Source: Rebecca billardiae RCC1528 | Lineage: Eukaryota; Protista; Haptophyta | Direction: 5' to 3' | Length of the DNA: 64,000 nt | Assembly (NCBI GenBank): GCA_965240325.2 | Contig: OZ251248.1 | Coordinates: forward strand, 744,001 to 808,000 | Part shown: positions 24,613-35,697 of the stretch, one piece after another | How positions within the stretch are numbered: the first letter of the stretch is position 1 | How the letters are laid out: every line of letters begins with the position of its first letter | The notes under the pieces: model-generated | The model's input: only the letters and a program-made list of their open reading frames with translations | What the model was told of the DNA's origin: nothing | Database searches by the model: none | Program-made: the position numbers and the translations under genes

Positions 24613-27044
24613 ATGGGCGACGACGACGCAGAAGGCGCGGATCCAGCAGCAGGGCAGAGCGTGGAGGATGCGGCGCCGGACGCGGCGTCGCGCAAGCGCA
24701 AGCGCGCCGGCGACCCGCACCACGAGCGCTTCGTCCTCGACGCACTGCCCTGCGCCGACATGTACGAGAAGTCGTACATGCACCGCGACGTGGTGACGCA
24801 CGTGGCGACGTCGTCGTCGACCGGCTTCTTGATCACGGCGAGCCGCGACGGGCAGGTGAAGTTCTGGCGGAAGACGAGCGGCGGGATCGAGTTCGTGAAG
24901 CAGTTCCGTGCGCACGTGGCCTCGATCAACGCGCTCGCCGTCTCGGCGGATGGTACGCTGCTCGCGACCACCTCGGACGACGGCTCTGTGAAGGTGTTTG
25001 ACGTGCTCAGCTTCGACATGATCAGCTGGATCAAGACGGGGTTCGTGCCCGGCGTCGCCGAGTTCCTCGCGCCGACGGGCAGCACGCCGCGCTCGCTGCT
25101 CGCCGTCGCCGACCGGCAGAGCTCCGACATGCACCTCTTCGACACGAACAAGCCCGCCGACCGCGCGGCGGTCGGCGCGGTGCGCGTGCACGCGGCGCGC
25201 GTCGTGCTCATTCGGTACAACGGCGCGCTGGGCGCGGTGGTCTCGGCGGACGCGAAGGGGGTGATCGAGTACTGGACGCCGGATACCGCCGCCGACGCGG
25301 GCTCCGACGCGGACGAGCCCGCGCCCGGCGCCGACGCGGCCGCGGGCGGCGCGGGCGCGCCTGGCGGCGCGGGCGCGCCCGGCGGCGCGCGCGCGGCGCG
25401 GCAGGTCCCGACCGAGCTGCCGCCGTGCGCGGCCTTCCAGTTCAAGTCGGACACGGACCTGTTCGAGCTGGCGAAGGCGCGCGCGCTACCGCTCTCGCTC
25501 GCCTTCTCGCCGGACGGGCGCTCCTTCGCCACCACCTCCACCGACTGGCACGTGCGCGTCTTCTCGTTTGCGTCAGGCAAGCTGCTGCGCAAATACGACG
25601 AAACGCTCGAGTCTGTGAACGCGCAGCAGCGCGCCGAAGCGTTTCCGTACCGGCTGGACGCGTTCGACTTCGGGCGGCGCGTCGCGGTGGAGAAGGAGCT
25701 GCGCGCGCTGCCGCCCGAGCTCAGCCCGCCGTCCAACGCGCTCTTCGACCAGTCCGGCGCCGTCCTCATCTACCCGTCCCTATTCGGGATCAAAATGGTT
25801 CACGTGCCGACCAATCGGCTGCTGCGGATCGTCGGCCGCGCCGAGAGCACCGAGCGCTTCGTCAGCCTGGCGCTGTGGCAGGACCGCGCGCTCGCGCGCG
25901 CGCGCGCGCTGTACGCCGACGCGACGCCCACCGCCGGCGGCGCCTCCGCGCTCGCCGCCGCCGCCGACCCGCTCGTCCTGTGCGGCGCGTTCAAGCGCTC
26001 GCGCTTCTTCCTGTTCTCGCGCCGGGAGCCGGCCGACCCGGAGGATGAGGCGGCGGCGGGGCGCGACGTGTTCAACGAGAAGCCGTCGCGTGACGAGCTG
26101 GCCCTCGCCGCGGCGGGGCAGGCGAAGCCCTCCGCGCTCGGCGCCTCCGCCATCATCTCCACCACCTACGGCGAGGTCCACCTCAAGCTCTTCGCCGACG
26201 AGTGCCCACGGACCATCGAGAACTTTGTCACACACGCGCGGAACGGGTGCGCGCCGCGCCGCGCGCTCGGGCCGCGCCCGCCGGGCTGGGGGTCGGTGGG
26301 GCGCGGGGCTCGGTGGATCGCTCGCGTGGCCGCGCGCGTGAGGGGGGCGCTTGCGCGAGGGATGGGCGCGGGGGAGGCTGGCGTGCTGTCCGCGGCGGCG
26401 CGGCGGGGCGCTCGGGGCGGGGCGGCGCGGCGGAGCGTGGCCGTCGCCGGCGCGCGTGTGCGCTCGCTCACCGGCTCGCGCGCGCACTGCCCGCGCCCGC
26501 AGCTACTACGACGGCGTGATCTTCCACCGCGTGATCAAGGGGTTCATGCTGCAGACCGGTGACCCGCTCGGTGACGGCACGGGCGGCACGTCCATCTGGG
26601 GCCGCGATTTCGAGGTGCGCGCGCGCCGCCGCCAGCCGCGAGCCCCGCGGACGCGTCGCGCTCGCGCGCCGCCGGCGCTTCCTCGCTCCCGCCTCCGCCC
26701 TACTCTCATCCTGCGCGAGAGCCCACCCCGCGCGGTCCGCCGTCGGCGGCACCGGCACGGTCGGTCGGTGGCGCGCTCCCCGCGCGGCGCAGGACGAGTT
26801 CCATCGGTCGCTGCGCCACGACCGCCCGTTCACCGTCTCGATGGCCAACGCCGGCCCCAACACGAACGGCTCGCAATTCTTCATCACGACCGTGCCCACG
26901 CCGTGGCTGGACGGCAAGCACACGGTCTTTGGGCGCGTCACGCGCGGCATGGACGTGTGCATGGCGATCGAGAAGACGAAGGTCAACCGGAACGACAAGC
27001 CGGTCGAGGACATCAAGATCACGGGCATCGCCATCGTCGAGTGA
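24613..27044 (+). CDS. PPWD1: WD40-repeat cyclophilin-type peptidyl-prolyl isomerase (PPWD1/CYP71); exons 24613-26246, 26503-26614, 26793-27044
   Basis: [83 protein letters not shown] and [12 protein letters not shown]. Confidence 0.96.
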
Positions 27045-27272
27045 CTGTATGTGTTACCAAGCCCGCGCGAAGCCGCCGCACCGCGCGCTCGCTGCGCGCA
27101 TGCTTCGTTCGTCGGAGTCGGCAGTCAGTCAGTGCTGGCGGCATCTAATTGAAGCAGTCGTGCTGATCAGCGCGCAGACTATAGCTTGCTGACGACGATT
27201 GATGATGATGCGCCGCGATGATGCGACTACGGGCCGCGATCGGACGAGCCGTACTCGGAGTAGTCCGGCCCC

Positions 27273-28217
27273 GGGGCCACCGGGGGCCTGTTTTATTTCT
27301 ACGAGAGCCCAACGGCGACATTCGCCAAAACCGGGTAAAATGGCGGCTGCTTGCCCGCTGGTGGTGGGTGCCGGCGCGATTGCGGAGTAGGGATGGCACG
27401 TCGTTGGCGCATGTTCGTACTAGGGCGCTGAGCTGTAGCGAAAGGTGTTGCCAAGGCATGCTGCTTAGCCTTGCCATGGTGCTTCGCCATGACACAGAGG
27501 TCACTCGCAGCGCACGGCGGTGTGACGATCGCCGCGCCGCGGCGGCAAACCGTAGTTGCGGGCGCGCTGCGAGCTGCAAGCACTCTGCCTTGGCTGCGTC
27601 GCGCCCGTGTCAGTTGCTGAACCAGGATTGTTGAACAACCGATGGGCTGCAAACGATACCAGCTACACTCGCTCCGCCGCCACTTCCTTGTCGAGCGTGA
27701 GATGCTTCCGTTGCGTGCGCTCGCATGCAGCTTGCCGCCTGCATTTGAACGTGGTCACGGCAGGTTGGTGGGCTGGTTGCTCACGCCTCCTCGGCGTAGA
27801 TGACGACAGGGTGCGTGCCACGCGCACCCATGACGCGGGAAAGGCGTGCACACGCGTCCTCGCGCATCTGGCAGGCTGCAGTCTTGGCCAAGATGATGCC
27901 AGAACAAGCCTGCCAGTGCCTCGCCGCGCGGGTGCGAGCGCGCAGAGAGATCTGGCTTCTGACCCGTGCTCTTCAGTGTACCTCGTGTGCGACGACGACG
28001 AGGCGGACGAGCGCCGCAACTGGATTCCTGCACTCACCGGTCACCGAGGAGTGCAGGAATCGCATTCCTCGCGCACGCCGGGGCCGCCATCGGCCGTGAG
28101 AGGTATACACTGAACGGGGCGTGACACCGATTCCCACTGGCGGGCACGGGTTTGTCGCCGTGACATATAATAGTAAATGGAATCTGGTAGAAATAAAACA
28201 GGCCCGGGGCGGCCGCC
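27273..28217. mobile_element. Putative ~950-bp non-autonomous TIR element
   Basis: GGGCCTGTTTTATTTCTAC (27284-27302) is exactly inverted at 28188-28206, with weaker pairing outward. The interior has lower GC. No TSD was found. Confidence 0.5.
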
Positions 28218-28453
28218 CCGATGATTCCGATGAATGCCGGTATATGTCACCGGGCCACTACTTATTACTACTGCTTAGTACTTAGCAGTGTCCCAGTGTC
28301 AGACCCGCCAGTCCGCAGTCGCCAGACGCTAATAAGCTTCCATCTTCATCAAATCTCCTCCTAAGATCGTTGTTGTTGATGATCGACTGTACAATAAGAT
28401 CGATGTAACAATGTAACTAAAGACTACACCGACGGCCAACGCGGCGGGAATAA

Positions 28454-29335
28454 ATGACGACGAGTGAATCCATGGCGCCCCGGGCGTCGCCGTCAGAGGC
28501 GAGGGTGGCCTTCCTCTTCCTCGCGCGCGAAGGGCTGCACGCCGAGGCGCTCTGGGCCGACTTCTTCGCCGCTGCGCCCGCCCACCGCTTCGCCATCTTC
28601 GCGCACACCAAGGCGCCGCCGCCGCCCTCCTCGCTGCTCTCCCGCGCACGCATTGCCGAGATCGTGCCGACAGAGTGGGGCACGATCTCGCTCGTGCGCG
28701 CGACGCTCGCGCTGCTGCGCGCGGCGCTGAGGGACGAGGCAGCGACGCACTTCGTCCTGCTGTCCGAGAGCTGCGTGCCGCTCTACGCCTTCGATCACAT
28801 CTACGCCGAGCTCGCGGCCGATGGCCGAGCATGGATCGCACACGCGCCGACGCCGCCGTGGATGATTCATCAGAAGGGGCCGACGCGCGAGTTCGTGCGC
28901 TGGAGCCCGCGGCTCGCGCCGATCGTGCCCTCGCCCGATGTGCTGCTCAAGCAGCAGCAGTGGATGGTCCTGTCGCGCGACCTCGCCGCGCTGCACACGC
29001 GCGTCGATCACTCGGCCCTGTGGGATGACGGCCTCTTTGCGCCGGACGAGCATTACTTTATTAACGCGACAATTCACGAGCTGCGGCAGCAGAGAGGCGG
29101 CGCGCGGGCGGCGGCGAGCGCGGGCTTGGAGCGCGCGCTGGACGCGCTCGTGCGCAACCGAAAGCTGACGCACGTTGAGTGGGGCGTGGTGGGGAACGGG
29201 CGCGCGCCGCTCAAGCTGAGTACCGTGAGTACGGAGCTCGTCGAGCGCGCGCGCGGCGAGGGCTGCCTGTTTCTGCGCAAGGTGGCGCCGGGCGCCGAGC
29301 TCGGCGAGCTCAGAGCTGCCTGGGCGCGATCCTGA
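28454..29335 (+). CDS. Core-2/I-branching (GT14-like, Branch/DUF266) glycosyltransferase
   Basis: VAFLFL, LWADFF, EWGTISLV, HFVLLSESCVPLYAF, QQWMVLSR, PDEHYF and LFLRKV motifs; intronless. Confidence 0.9.
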   Translation: MTTSESMAPRASPSEARVAFLFLAREGLHAEALWADFFAAAPAHRFAIFAHTKAPPPPSSLLSRARIAEIVPTEWGTISLVRATLALLRAALRDEAATHFVLLSESCVPLYAFDHIYAELAADGRAWIAHAPTPPWMIHQKGPTREFVRWSPRLAPIVPSPDVLLKQQQWMVLSRDLAALHTRVDHSALWDDGLFAPDEHYFINATIHELRQQRGGARAAASAGLERALDALVRNRKLTHVEWGVVGNGRAPLKLSTVSTELVERARGEGCLFLRKVAPGAELGELRAAWARS

Positions 29336-29751
29336 GCTGCTCGCGGCGGGCCGCTGCACGTCGCGTGGACGTCGCGGCGGAGGTAGGCGCGCGCTGTCGC
29401 GTGCCACCGAGCCGGGATCGGTTCCGCATCACTGCTATCTGCGTCCTCTTCGGCCGAGCTGACGACTATGTGTGATATTGCATGGGTATATTCATGACGA
29501 CATTTCGCAATCGCAAAACGGATCATAGGTTCGGTATTTATCTCCCGATCTCCCACGTCGCGGTCGAAACGGTAAAACGTCGATTTCGTGGTTTTTAGAT
29601 CAAGGAGACGTTAAAAATCCACGCATCATTTGTAAGACCCCTTGATTAGATACTCGCGTGCTTCTGCGCGTTTGATCGCCGCGCAGAACCGCGCACGTCG
29701 GCGCTCAACTTCAGTCTTCCCGGCACCCGCTCTAGCTCGCCGCGCAGCACG

Positions 29752-30312
29752 ATGGTGTGGGAGGAGGTTGTCTCGACGATCGGTCTGGTCCTCATCTGTG
29801 TCCCCTTCCTGCTCTGGGGCGTCCTCGCACCCGCGTGGTTCAACCCCAAGTACATCACGATCGTGGCGAATTACGTGCTGCCGCCGCTGATGCATTTCCG
29901 CTGGCTGTCCAAGGACGAGCGCGTGCAGCCGAATGAGTGGATCTCGATGATGAAGTCCGCGTCGAACATGGATTCGATGCCCGTGACCAAGCAGCACACG
30001 ATGCAGACGCTCATGTGGATGGAGACGCTCGAGCACCGCCTCGGCGCGAGCGCGTTTGCAGGCATCGCAGCCGGCGCGATCTATGCGCTGACGCAAGATT
30101 TCACAGACCGCCATCCGATTTTCTTCTGCTTCGCGGTCACCTCCGTGTTCTGCGCGTTTGTCAACTTCACGCACGCGATCGGCACGAACAACGCGCTCAC
30201 CAACGACACGGGCACGCGCGTGGGCATCGTCTTCTCCGCCGCGTTCTGGATACCCATCGCAGCGTGCATGTTCATCGGCCTCTTCGGCTCTCGCGCAGCG
30301 GCTGGGCTCTGA
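29752..30312 (+). CDS. Small multi-pass membrane protein of unknown function (186 aa)
   Basis: Clean ORF with coding-type composition and about 4 hydrophobic segments. Confidence 0.75.
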   Translation: MVWEEVVSTIGLVLICVPFLLWGVLAPAWFNPKYITIVANYVLPPLMHFRWLSKDERVQPNEWISMMKSASNMDSMPVTKQHTMQTLMWMETLEHRLGASAFAGIAAGAIYALTQDFTDRHPIFFCFAVTSVFCAFVNFTHAIGTNNALTNDTGTRVGIVFSAAFWIPIAACMFIGLFGSRAAAGL

Positions 30313-31221
30313 GTTGGGGTCAGCGGGCCGGGCGAGGACCGCGACGACGTGGCGACGATTGTACTCGTTCATCTCTGGTGCGCACCCACCGCCTGCCGGG
30401 CACCGCGGCGGCACTCACGGACGAAGCCGGTGCTGTCTGATGCAGGCCGCCGGCGGGACGCCTGCGTGAGTGCGTCCCGCGCCGCCCCGGCCCGCCCCGC
30501 CGGTTCGCGCTGACCGGTCGTGGCGACGCGCAGATATCATGGCGCATCAGCAGTATCTTCATCATCTGCATCCTCGTCATCATCGCGACCGGGCGGCGGA
30601 TGGCGGCTGAGTGAGCTGCTGCCGGCGTCGTCGTCGCCAGTCTCTGCTGACGACGACGATATGTCTACATCCGGCATCCGCAACATGCGCGCCGTCGTGG
30701 CGGGCGGGCTGGCGGCGACAGCTGCTGCGTCGATATCATCCGCCGGAATAAATAGTCGTTATATTATTATTATTCGTCTGGCTGCTGCTATATGATGAGT
30801 ACAGACTGATGCTGGTCTGCGTTACGCCCGGATGAGCCTGAGGCCGAGTTCAGGCCGGCGACGGCGGACGGGCCATCATGCCCATAGCCGCCAGGATGCC
30901 CCGCCCCCGGGCCGCGGCGTCACGACTCACGGGGCTCAGGCGCGCGCCGCGTGTCGTCGGGCAGGTGTCACTACCTGTGACGACTGACGTGACCCGCGCC
31001 GTAGTGTACCCCTGCCCCCGGGGCGACGCGACGGCGCAAGGCGCAAGGGCGCCCGGGCGGCCCCCGAGGGCGACACCGAATCCGATTCCGCCGATTCGCA
31101 CCGGCTGCCGCTGGCACCGTGACACTGCCACTCGGCCGCCCTCTCATAGAGTCGTGAGCTCCGCCAGACGTGCAGCACAGCACAGCGGGGCCACGATGCC
31201 GCCATGCTCCAGCGTCGTCGC

Positions 31222-33219
31222 TCAGTACTGCAGCATGCTCCCCTCCGGCCCGTCGACCTCCTCCGCCCACGCGTTCACGCCGCCGCGCAGGCTGAGCGGC
31301 TGGCCCGCGCGCAGCAGCCCGCGCCGCACGAGCTCGATGCACGCGGCGCGCGAGCGTACGCCCGTGCGGCAGTAGAGAAGGACGTCGCGCCCCGCGCCGA
31401 GCCCGGCAAAGGTGTCGGCGCACGCCTCGTCCAGGCTCGCGCGCGCGTGCGTGCCCGGCACCGCGCTGATCGCCGCCTCCGCCGGCGTGCGCACGTCGAG
31501 CACGAACGGGTCCCATCGCTCGTCCCGCATCCGCCGCGCCGCCTCCGCGGCGCCAACGGTGCGAACCGGGTCCTCTGCCGCAGGCGCGGCCGACGCGACT
31601 GTGGGCGGCGGCGAGCACGTGCCCGCGGCGTCGCCCGCCGCCGCCGCCTCCGCCGCGCCGAGCGCCCACTGCTCGCACGGCGGGGGCACGCCCGCGCGCC
31701 GGCCGATCGGCAGCTCGTCGAACCGCATGCCGAGCGCGTCGTACAGCAGCAGCCGGCCGCCGAGCGGCGCGCCGAGCCCGGTGAGTAACTTGAGTAGCTC
31801 GGTGGCCTGGAGGGCCCCAATCACGGCCGGCAGAACGCCGAGCACGCCCGCCGCCGCGCAGGTCTGCACCGCGCCCGGCGGCGCGCGCTTCGGGTACAGG
31901 TCGCGGTAGCTCGGCGCGTCCGGCGTGTCCAGCCGGAACGTGCTCACGTGCCCCTCGAACTGGCTGATCGCGCCGTACACCAGCGGCTTGGCGGCGTGCG
32001 CACACGCGTCACTCAGGGTGTATCGCGCGTCGATGGAGTCGGTGCAGTCGGCGACGGCGTCGGCGGCGCTCACGAGCTGCAGCGCGTTGTGCCGGCTCAG
32101 CCGCGCGTGCACGCGCTCCACGCGCACGTGCGGGTTGAGCGCCGCCACCGCCGCCGCCGCCGATTCCGTCTTCGGCCGGCCGACCGTCGCCATCGAGTGG
32201 AGAATCTGCCGCTGCAGGTTTGATTCCTCGACGGCGTCGTCGTCGACGACGACGAGCGTGCCTACGCCCGCCGCGGCGAGATAGAGGAGGACGGGCGAGC
32301 CGAGCCCGCCCGCGCCGACCACCAGCACGCGCGAGCCCTTGAGACGGAGCTGCCCCGCCACGCCGAACTGAGGGAGCAGCAGGTGACGGCCGTAGCGCCT
32401 GCCCTCCTCCCGGCTCAGTCGCACTCCGGCGGCGGCGCCGACGGCGGCGTCGGTTGGGGGCAGTTGCGTGGTGGTGGCAGGCGTCGTCGCCGCGGCGGCG
32501 GGCGGCGGAGGAGGCGGCGGCTCGCGTGCGGCGGCGGGGGCGTGGTTGGTGGGCGAGCTGGCGGTCACGCCGTGCGCTCGCGCCGCCTCCTCGCCAGCGG
32601 CACCGGTGTCGCCATTGCCCGCGGAGCCGGCCGCGGCGGGTGCGCGGTCGGCGCGCCGAGCGGCTGCGGCGGCGGCGGCAGCGGCGGTGGCGAAGCGGCG
32701 GAGCGCAGCCGGGTCAACGTCGGCGCACACGAGCGCGCGCGCGAGTGCCATCGCCGGCGTGCGCCCCGACGCGTCCTTCGCGCACAGCCCGGCGCGCTCG
32801 GCGCCGGCGCCGTCGGCAAGAGCCAGCGCCGTGCTCAGGTGTCCTCCCTCGCACGCCAAGTGCAGCGGCGTGGAGCGGTCGTCGCGCGCGAGCGACGGGT
32901 CGGCGCCGCGGGCGAGCAGCGCGGTGCACAAATCGGCGTGCCCCCGCCCCGCCGCGACGGCGAGCGGCGTCGTGCCCGTCGCGTCCGTCGCGTCGAGCGG
33001 CGCGCCGTGCGCGTCGGCGAGCACAAGGGCGGCGCGCGTGTGCCCGCCGGCGCACGCGCGGTGGAGGGCGGTGAGGCCGTGGCGTGCGCCATCGGTGACG
33101 CTGGCGCCATGCGCGACGCACTCGCTCGCGCGCGCGGCGAGCGCCTCCTCCGCCGCCTCGTCCGACCGCGCCACGCCGAGCGCATCCCACAGCGCGAGCG
33201 TCGCGGGCGCCACGGCCAT
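31222..33219 (-). CDS. Ankyrin repeats fused to MoeB/ThiF adenylyltransferase and rhodanese (MoeZ/MOCS3-like)
   Basis: Ankyrin motifs GLTALHRAC, GTTPLAVAA, STPLHLAC and GRTPA. ThiF domain RYGRHLLL..VLVVGAGGLGSP..SNLQRQILH. Rhodanese LDVRTP..YCRTGVRS..LRGGVNAW. One uninterrupted frame. Confidence 0.92.
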   Translation of the reverse strand: MAVAPATLALWDALGVARSDEAAEEALAARASECVAHGASVTDGARHGLTALHRACAGGHTRAALVLADAHGAPLDATDATGTTPLAVAAGRGHADLCTALLARGADPSLARDDRSTPLHLACEGGHLSTALALADGAGAERAGLCAKDASGRTPAMALARALVCADVDPAALRRFATAAAAAAAAARRADRAPAAAGSAGNGDTGAAGEEAARAHGVTASSPTNHAPAAAREPPPPPPPAAAATTPATTTQLPPTDAAVGAAAGVRLSREEGRRYGRHLLLPQFGVAGQLRLKGSRVLVVGAGGLGSPVLLYLAAAGVGTLVVVDDDAVEESNLQRQILHSMATVGRPKTESAAAAVAALNPHVRVERVHARLSRHNALQLVSAADAVADCTDSIDARYTLSDACAHAAKPLVYGAISQFEGHVSTFRLDTPDAPSYRDLYPKRAPPGAVQTCAAAGVLGVLPAVIGALQATELLKLLTGLGAPLGGRLLLYDALGMRFDELPIGRRAGVPPPCEQWALGAAEAAAAGDAAGTCSPPPTVASAAPAAEDPVRTVGAAEAARRMRDERWDPFVLDVRTPAEAAISAVPGTHARASLDEACADTFAGLGAGRDVLLYCRTGVRSRAACIELVRRGLLRAGQPLSLRGGVNAWAEEVDGPEGSMLQY

Positions 33220-33720
33220 TGTCCGTTCGCGCTTTTTCCCGGGGGAAAAAACGCGTTTTCTTTTCCAAAGCCTTTTCACGCCGGTGCCGCCCGGTGGACG
33301 TGACCCCGCGGATGCGCGCACCCCGCGGCGCGGCCGGCGATCCAGACGGGCGGCCGCGTGCCTCGGCCCGCTTCGGCTTTGCCAGTGCGGCCCTGCACGC
33401 GCTGGGCCCACGCACCTGTCCGCCCGGACTTGATGAGCCACCGAGGCCGACGACGCATCCACAATTATCAGCGCTCTCCTCGACCAATCAGCGCGCGCAG
33501 CTGGCGCTCTTTACCCGCGCGAGCCTCGTGGATCTCTGCATCTCGCCCGCGCGAGATCGCAGCCGGAACATGAAATGAGGTCGGTGGCTCGGTGCTAATG
33601 AGCACTACCGAGTCCGGTGCGAGCCGTCGAGGCCGTCCAGAGCCCCCGCTCGAGCCTTGCGGCGAGGATTCCACCCCGATTGCGCCGCCGCCCAGACGAC
33701 GCCTGGAGAACCGAGGGACC
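33220..33720. promoter_or_regulatory. Candidate bidirectional promoter between the Ank-MoeB gene and FBA
   Basis: Divergent ATGs are 500 bp apart. A CCAATCAG box lies at ~33484 and a T5C3/G3A5 hairpin at 33228-33255. Confidence 0.4.
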
Positions 33721-35697
33721 ATGCTCCGCCTCCTCGTGCTCGCGACGCTCGCGCTCGGCGCCTCGTCCGCCGCGGCGACGCGCTCGTCGGCCTACCGCCG
33801 GCCTGCGCGCTCCACGCCGTCGGCTATCCGGGCGGCGACCGCTGTCACCCCACTGTGCGTCAGCTTGCGCGGCGGCGCCTTAATTACGTGCGCCCGCCCG
33901 CACGGCCGACCGCTGGCCGCGTCGTCCTGGCCGGCTCGGGCGGCACGCCCCGGCGGAGGGCGGCGCGCCGCGCGCACGCGCGGGCGCTGAGCTCGCCCCC
34001 TCGCCCCCGCGCCCGCGTAGGCCCGCCACGGTCAAGCCCGGCGTCGTCACGGGCAAGGCGCTTGTCGACCTTTTGCAGCACGCGAAGGACAACAAGTGCG
34101 CGCGGCGCGCGCGCGCGCGCGGCGCGGCTCGGCGGGTGTGCCGAGCGGCGCCGCGCGGGCGTGGGGGCTCCCTCGCGCCGCGCCGCTCACGCCGCTCCTC
34201 CGCCCGCCCCCGCAGGTACGCCATCCCGGCGGTCAACTGCGTGTCGTCGAGCGCCATCAACGCCTGCCTTGAGGTGAGAGACCGCTGCACCGACCGCGCG
34301 CGCGTGGCGCGGCGGGGAGCTCGGCGACTGAGGCCGCGTGGCTGGAGCCGAGTGGACGAGGCGGGTCGGAGCCGCGGCGACGAGGGAGGGCGGGCGCGTC
34401 GCTGTGACTGCGCCGCACGCACGCCGAGGGCGCGGGCAGGGCTCCACCGCACGCGCAGGCATTCGTCTGCGCCCGGCGCGCGCGCGCGCGCGCGCGCGCT
34501 GACCCGCCGCCCTGCGCGCGCGCGCGCCCGCGATTCCCTCGCAGGCGGCGAAGCAGTACAAGAGCCCCGTGATGGTCCAGTTCTCGCGCGGCGGCGGCCA
34601 GTTCTTCGCGGGCAAGACGGCGGACAACACCGACGACGCGGCCTGCATTGCGGGCTGCGTCGCCGGCGCGCTGATGGTCCGGGAAACGGCTAAGCTGTAC
34701 GGCGTGCCGGTCGTGTTGCACACGGACCACTGCATGAAGTCGTGGCTGCCGTGGTTCGACGGGCTGATCGACGCGAACGAGGCCTACTTCAAGCAGTACG
34801 GCGTGCCCCTCTTCTCGTCGCACATGCTCGACCTCTCCGAGGAGCCGCTCGAGGAGAACATCGCCATCTGCAAGAAGTACCTCGAGCGCATGGCCAAGAT
34901 GGACCTGCTGCTCGAGATGGAGCTCGGCGTGACGGGCGGCGAGGAGGACGGCGTGGACAACACAGAAGTGGACAACTCGCTGCTGTACACGCAGCCCGAG
35001 GAGGTCTGGGCGGTGTACAAGGAGCTCTCCACCGTCCCCAACGGCGCGTTCACCATCGCGGCCGCGTTCGGCAACGTGCACGGCGTCTACGCGCCCGGCA
35101 ACGTCAAGCTGACGCCGGAGATCCTGCATAACTCGCAGGCGTACATCAAGGAGAAGCTCGGCACGGACAACCCGAAGCCGGTGTTCTTCGTCTTCCACGG
35201 CGGCTCGGGCTCCTCGCGGGAGGAGATCCGCTACGCCATCGAGGCCGGGACCATCAAGATGAACATTGACACGGACACGCAGTGGTCGTACTGGGATGGC
35301 ATCCGGTGCGCACGCACGCGCGCGGACACGCGCGCGCGGACACCGACGCGCGCGCGGTGGGCTGCGCAGTGGGCTGCGCGTGTGCGCGTGCGTGGGTGCG
35401 CGTGGGCGCGGGCGAGGGGCGCGCCACGCCGCGCCCGCGCCGGACGCGCCTCTCCTCACGCGTGCCCTATCGCCCTCCCCGCATCATCTACCCGCATTTA
35501 CCCGCCCCCTATGCTCCAGCTCGTACGAGGCGGAGTTCCATGACTTCCTGCAGGGCCAGATCGGCAACCCGGAGGGCGAGACCAAGCCCAACAAGAAGTA
35601 CTACGACCCGCGCATGTCGATGCGCCGCGCGGAGGAGTTCACCGCCAAGCGCCTGGGCGAGGCGATGGAGGACCTGAACTCGGTCAACACGGTCTAG
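33721..35697 (+). CDS. FBA: Class II fructose-bisphosphate aldolase with signal peptide/bipartite presequence; exons 33721-33887, 34021-34095, 34216-34273, 34545-35305, 35520-35697
   Basis: VKPGVVTG, YAIPAVN, VLHTDHC, FSSHMLDLSEE, EMELGVTGGEEDG, FGNVHGVY, FHGGSGS, KMNIDTD and NKKYYDPR. The N-terminus MLRLLVLATLALGASSA is hydrophobic. Confidence 0.96.

Noticed and set aside
23806-25769. Long antisense ORFs opposite real genes (also 39579-41016, 48783-50747, 53972-56011)
   Set aside because: These are shadow ORFs caused by high GC and stop-codon scarcity on the opposite strand.
31222-33887. Functional link between the E1-like MoeB fusion and the LRGG motif of the divergently transcribed aldolase
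   Set aside because: The aldolase enters the ER while the MoeB fusion has no signal peptide, and no ubiquitin-like fold precedes the GG. Adjacency is probably coincidental.
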